From contig NC_088800.1 in the NCBI RefSeq assembly GCF_011386835.1, positions 69,068,001 through 69,132,000 of the forward strand: a stretch of DNA of 64,000 bases, in the 5' to 3' direction. The stretch is from Chrysemys picta bellii (lineage: Eukaryota). Below the pieces are notes generated by a model. It was not told where the DNA came from. It made no database searches and saw only the letters and a program-made list of their open reading frames with translations. A program made the translations under genes and the position numbers. Positions 27,554 through 64,000 of the stretch are shown piece after piece. Every line of letters starts with the position of its first letter. Positions within the stretch are counted from its first letter, which is position 1.

Positions 27554-27803
27554 AAACAAAACAACTTTCCCTGCCCTGCTTTTGAGCTGATGTTCTGCCG
27601 GGCTGCCCTCCCCTCGTTCATCTCAAATCTGGTAGGATGCCACCTGGCAGTCAGTAGGCATTTTTACTTTGAGGTAAGGTGCTTTGGAATCCTGTGGAGG
27701 TAAAAGGTATTGTATATTAATGTAAAAGCCTATTGTTACTCTAAAAACCCTGTTCTCCATGCTGTGCTTTTATTTCCCCCTTTGACTGTTTTCGTTTGAG
27801 CAG

Positions 27804-28006
27804 GTGAGATTGCTATAGAAGATGGGACGTTCTCTTGGTCTTCATTGGATTCTGTCTCAGAAGGTACTTACGTGCTGTCACTTAAGGAGATCTCTCTCCC
27901 TTAGTTACAGGCAAAGAGCTGCTACTAGCAATCATGGAAGTTATGCACCTGCATATATAATGATTTTCAGCCCAGCCAATGTTCAGGCAGATGTCAGACT
28001 TCCTTG
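27804..28006 (+). pseudogene. relic ABCC exon 15+16-like segment (start of NBD1)
   Basis: gagcag acceptor in phase 1, then EIAIEDGTFSWSSLDSVSEGTYVLSLKEISL (NBD1 entry motif I.I.(N/D)GTFSW...LK.I.L), frameshift, then GKELLLAIMEV (cf. KGELVAIVGEV); ends at a gtaaga donor at 28007. Confidence 0.7.
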
Positions 28007-28026
28007 GTAAGATTAAGAATAATAAC

Positions 28027-28994
28027 TAGGGCCCTACTAAATTCATGGTCCATTTTGGTCAATTTCATGGTCACAGGATTTTTAAAATCCTACATTTCAT
28101 TATTTTGGATATTTAAATCTGAAATTTCATGGCCGTTGTAATTGTAGGGGTCCAGACCCAAAAAGGAGTTGTGGGGGGTCATAAGGAATTGTAGAGGGCG
28201 GTTGTGGTACTGCTACCCTTACTTCTGTGCTGCTGCTGGCAGGATGCTGCCTTCAGAGCTGGGCCCCCGCCAACAGCCGCTGTTCTCCAGCCAACCAGCT
28301 CTGAAGGCAGCACAGAAGTAAGGATGGCAATACCATGAACCCCCCTCAAAATAACCTTGTGACCAGGGCCATCCTTACCCTGATGCAAACTAGGCAGCTG
28401 CGTGATGCTCCAGCGGCCACCCCAATCCCCTGGCGGGCTGAGCTGGCCAGGAAGGCTGCCCCGCCCCCACTCCACCCCTTCCCCATAGCCTCTGTCCCCG
28501 CCCTGCCTCTCCCCACCCCACTGTGCCCCAGCCCGGTCCCAGCTCCATCCCCTCCCCTGAGCTACGTCCCGGGGAACTGCAGCAGGGGTCGGGCGCAACC
28601 TGCACTCACTGGGCGGTGGGAAGTGGAGCGACCTAACCCCAACCTGCTCTGCCGGCTTGTGCTGGGGGGTGGTTTCCCCCTGCCTTCCAAGCCTGCTCTT
28701 GCCCCTACAGACCTTGGGCACAGCCCTCACCCCATGGAGGCCTGGGGTCAGCCTCCCCACCCATGGAGCGGGGGCTGCATGTTGCACCAAAATGTCTAGG
28801 GACAGCCCTGCTTGGGACCCCCCCCCCGCAAGTTCCTTTTGGGTCAGAACCCCCAATTTGAGAAATGCTTGTCTCCCCCATGAAATCTGTATAGTATAGG
28901 ATAAAAGCACACAAAAGACCAGATTTCACAGAGGGAGACCAGATTTCACAGTCCGCGATGCGTTTTTCATGGCCATGAATTTGGTAGGGCTCTA
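28027..28994. mobile_element. hAT-like non-autonomous element (~970 bp)
   Basis: long TIRs TAGGGCCCTACTAAATTCATGG / CCATGAATTTGGTAGGGCTCTA, GC-rich interior; no clear TSD. Confidence 0.7.
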
Positions 28995-29169
28995 AAAAAT
29001 TATTGCAGCCTCTGTTCCAAACCACTGCTTCACTTGCACTAACACTGGAGAAGAGAAAGGGGTCTGATTCAGGAGACAAGTGAAAGAAGAATAAACTGAG
29101 TGCAGGCTGAAGAGATCTGGGCTGCTGCTAAATCAAGTCAAATTAAATCTTCCTTGAATAATATCGGTT

Positions 29170-29380
29170 TTCTTAATAATAATATAATAGCAAGCTCTTA
29201 GTGCCTTTTTCATATCATCAGTAGATCTCAAAATGCTTTACAAAGGTAAGTATTTTACAGATGAGGAAACTGAAGCACAGAGAGGTGAAAGTGATTTGCT
29301 CAGTCACCCAGCAGGCCAGGGGCAGAGCCAGGAATATAAACCAGGTTTCCTGAATCCTAATCCAGTATTTTAGCAACTAG
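29170..29380 (+). mobile_element. MIR/CORE-type SINE
   Basis: CORE-like TTTTACAGATGAGGAAACTGAAGCACAGAGAGG..GTGATTTGC..GTCACCCAGC..GGCAGAGCCAGGAA. Confidence 0.75.
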
Positions 29381-31585
29381 GCAAACCTGCCTCCCAATTT
29401 AACTGGGTATGGCTAGCTTGCTACAAAACCCTAAAACACAAAGTGGATTTTTCCCCCCCGGCTGTAGAAATATTTTATTGTTTAATGGGAAATGTTGCTT
29501 GGAAATTTAGTATTTTTGTTGGGTGGCATGTATTTCATGAAAGAATTTGAACCTATGGTTTTGACAAATTGTTGGGCTGGATTATTTCTTGACACCACTC
29601 CTCTGCCAGTGGGGGGAAAAAGGTACTAAATTTCAGTTGAAATGCAATGTCAGTAACTTTGCACAGTATTAGTCTTACAAATAAAACAGTTTGGCAAAGC
29701 CACCAAAGTTAATTTCCTTAGTCTTGTAACAAGTATAATCCTATCTTTTTACTAGAATCTACATATTCATGAATATACTTCCTCGAATTTCCTGTTTCAA
29801 AATACTCTTTGTTGCTGTGTTTTTGATTAGAGACTAGACCTATTTCATTCTTGCTAGAAGTGAGAATAATATATCATTTTATTCTCTTCACTGGGATTAA
29901 AGAAAATGACTCTGAACAGCTACTCTGTAATCAGAGGAAATGTAACAATTCGGCCACATCTCCAGAGCAATAAATATTCAGGACAATTGTTTAAGCTGAA
30001 ATGGTAAATTAAGGCTGTGCTCACAAAGTATAGTGATAGTAACACTGCAAGGATCTGAAAGAGCTTTATTAGCTTGTAAGGAAGATAATTAGTCTAAAAT
30101 GTCATTATGTTTATTAAATGTTAAGCAAAAATAAGCAATACATGGAATCCAGATTTTTGTGCTCCTGTTAATTAGGCTGTTCTGGGATTCAGCACAGGAA
30201 TACATTTTACTTAACCTTTTTATTTCTTTTAAAGACACATTCCATTTGTGAAATCCTTTTGGTAATTCCTGGGTCACTGAAGCTATTCTAGTTAGTGCTC
30301 AGCACAGAAATCTGTTCTGAAGCTGGAAAACAAAACAGAATAACTCAATTTTCAATCTCTAGATCTCTCTTAGGTATTTGCCTGAGACATCTTTCTTAGG
30401 CAACCTTTCTTTCCTGCTTTTTCACCCAACCTTCAAGCCATAATCAAATCTCAGTAGTACATAAACTGCTTTATACACTTCGTTTAACTTTTGTGTGCAA
30501 CAGATTTGAGTTCCTTGTTTATGCTTAGGTAGTGGGGTTTTTTGGTTCACATTATCAGTGGGGTCATAAAATCAGGCACTTGTATTTATCTAAAAGATGG
30601 TGTTTCATCACCATGATCAATCCCTTCCCAAAGTCCTTTCTTTTTCAACCTTTCCTTACAACTTAGACTAGTGGTATTTTGTCCTGCTGCATTGGCCAAA
30701 CCAGTTAGAATATCTGTTCTGTTTTCAAAAGCCTGGTCGCCTCTGTGATTCACTGGGCTACAAATCTGCAGAGATTAAAAATTACAATTGTGAAAGATTA
30801 GTTTTTATTTCATATGGGAGAGTGCTAGGTGAGCAGCTGAATCCATGGGTAACTACCTGATGGACATCTTAAAAATGACTAACATATTCATTAAAATGTG
30901 CATGGGATTGAAAACACTTGTGTATTCATTTGTTACCAATTAAAACGCTATTCATTGTCTATTAGAACATTACCTATCTAGTATGATTTCTTTGGCATTC
31001 CTAGAAATATCCACAGCACGCCCATAAATGTTGCAATGTGTATTTTACCATTATTTATATTCTAAACAGAGCTGATTGGAAAGTTCAGTTACTTTGCCAT
31101 AAATGCGTAAAATGTGAGTACATATTTTTTATGCTTACTCTAGATTTCTAATGGGCTCATCTGATTAATTGGACTTAACTGAGTTTTTGGTATTTCATTT
31201 TGAAAACGAAGCCAATTAATTTGGAGCTGCATAAAACTTTATACAGTGGTCATGACTCCGTCAAGAGAGTGACCACAAACTCAGTAACTAACATTCAGTT
31301 GCAACCATAATTTAATATACTCCAGTGACTGAACGTGAAAACAAGACTCGTTCTCCGTAGCCATCATCTCAGCTATAGCATGTGATATACACAGGCATAC
31401 ATGGATCATTTTCCAAATACACCAAGGCAGTTTCCCTTCACATATCCAGTGTAGTTTGGGGTTCAGTTTCAAATCAGATTTGGTTAAGTATCAGGCATTT
31501 TCTAGCCAAACCGATGTAGCTGAATTAAGAACAGATCTGTTCTCTCAGACAGTGCTGGTAGTATGGTGTGTTCCTTGGGTGACAA

Positions 31586-63101
<31,516 letters not shown>

Positions 63102-63459
63102 CTGCAAGAGAACGTTGAGCGGATGGATACAAACTGAGATTACAAAATACATGTCCCTTACAGCAGGCAGTATTTTTAGAAAGGCCTAAACAGTGGGGAT
63201 TTTTTGTCTTGTCTTTAGCAAGGCTACAGGCTTTGTAACCCTCACTGGCTGATATTTGTCAGTAAAACAATAGAAGGCTGGGCAAACAGCTCAGCATCCC
63301 AAGTATGTAAAATGGCAGCACCCAACCTAGCTTTTGTTTTATTTTACTGCAGGTCAGAACATTCAACTGCTCCTTCTCATGCTGGAGCAGAGATGTCCTA
63401 GCATCACACTTTCCCAGCACGGTACGGTGCAACTGCAGTGTAAAATGATCTACTGCATT

Positions 63460-64000
63460 TAGGGCTGTTGATTAATCGCAGTTAACTCATGCGATTAACA
63501 CAAAAAAATTCATCGCAATTAAAAAAATTAATTGCGATTAATCACAGTTTTAATCACACTGTTAAACAATAGAATCCCAATTGAAATTTATTAAATACTT
63601 TTGGATGTTTTTTTTCTACATTTTCAAATACATTGACTTCAGTTACAACACAGAATACAAAGTGTACAGTGCTCACTTTATATTATTTTTATTACAAATA
63701 TTTGCACTGTAAAAATGATAAAAGAAACCGTATTTTTAATTCACCTCATACAAGTACTGTAGTGCAATCTCTTTATCATGAAAGTGAAACTTACAAATGT
63801 AGATTTTTTTGGTTACATAATTATACTCAAAAACAAAACAGTCTAAATCTTTAGAGCCTACAAGTCGACCCAGTCCTACTTCTTGTTCAGCCAACCGCTA
63901 AGACAAACAAGTTTGTTTACATTTACAGGAGATAATGCTTCTTATTTACAATGTCACCTGAAAGTGAGAACAAGCGTTCGCATGGCACTTTTGTAGCCAG
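63460..64000. mobile_element. hAT-like element, left part
   Basis: starts TAGGGCTGTTGATTAATCGCAGTTAAC with repeated GCGATTAA sub-terminal motifs; runs off the window. Confidence 0.7.

Larger units (their letters stand above)
24666..29130. pseudogene. decayed third long-MRP (ABCC1/3-like) gene between ABCC1 and ABCC6, with internal inversion
   Basis: A series of ABCC exon-like segments with stops, frameshifts and damaged splice sites: exon 7/8-like (+), exons 13,12,11,10,9-like (-), exons 14,15/16-like and a possible signature remnant (+). See the sub-features. Confidence 0.8.

Noticed and set aside
30470-30660. Plus-strand FVCN and SPFFF fragments as possible relic exon 22/23 remains
   Set aside because: Only 4-5 residue matches with no supporting splice sites; indistinguishable from noise by eye.
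31540-31580. Plus-strand FSQTVLVVWCVPW resembling the TMD0 motif FQNTVLVWVPC
   Set aside because: Isolated, antisense within the first bases of the ABCC6 3' UTR, and out of order with the relic exons.

Overview
Vertebrate genomic DNA, most likely a turtle (inferred from the CR1, Penelope, Harbinger, hAT and LF-SINE repeat content). It holds the conserved tail-to-tail ABCC1/ABCC6 locus. ABCC1 (MRP1) exons 20-31 lie on + (2474-18709) and ABCC6 (MRP6) exons 9-31 on - (63101-31586). All exons have AG/GT boundaries, consistent phases and open frames; exon numbers follow the human genes as recalled. The main unexplained signal is in the ~12.9 kb between the two stop codons: the decayed remains of a THIRD long-MRP (ABCC) gene at ~24.7-29.1 kb. 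Its exon 7/8-like and exon 14-16-like pieces are on +, while its exon 9-13-like pieces lie between them on - in reverse order, implying an internal inversion. Its introns are tiny or absent, and its best motifs are ABCC1/ABCC3-like rather than ABCC6-like. Introns also carry a young CR1 LINE whose ORF2 is broken by one extra base, a near-complete Harbinger transposon, Charlie-type hAT MITEs, nested solo LTRs, two LF-SINE copies, and Penelope fragments with hammerhead-ribozyme-like motifs and a perfect 51-bp fold-back. All protein similarity was judged by eye against recalled family sequences; no database search was run.
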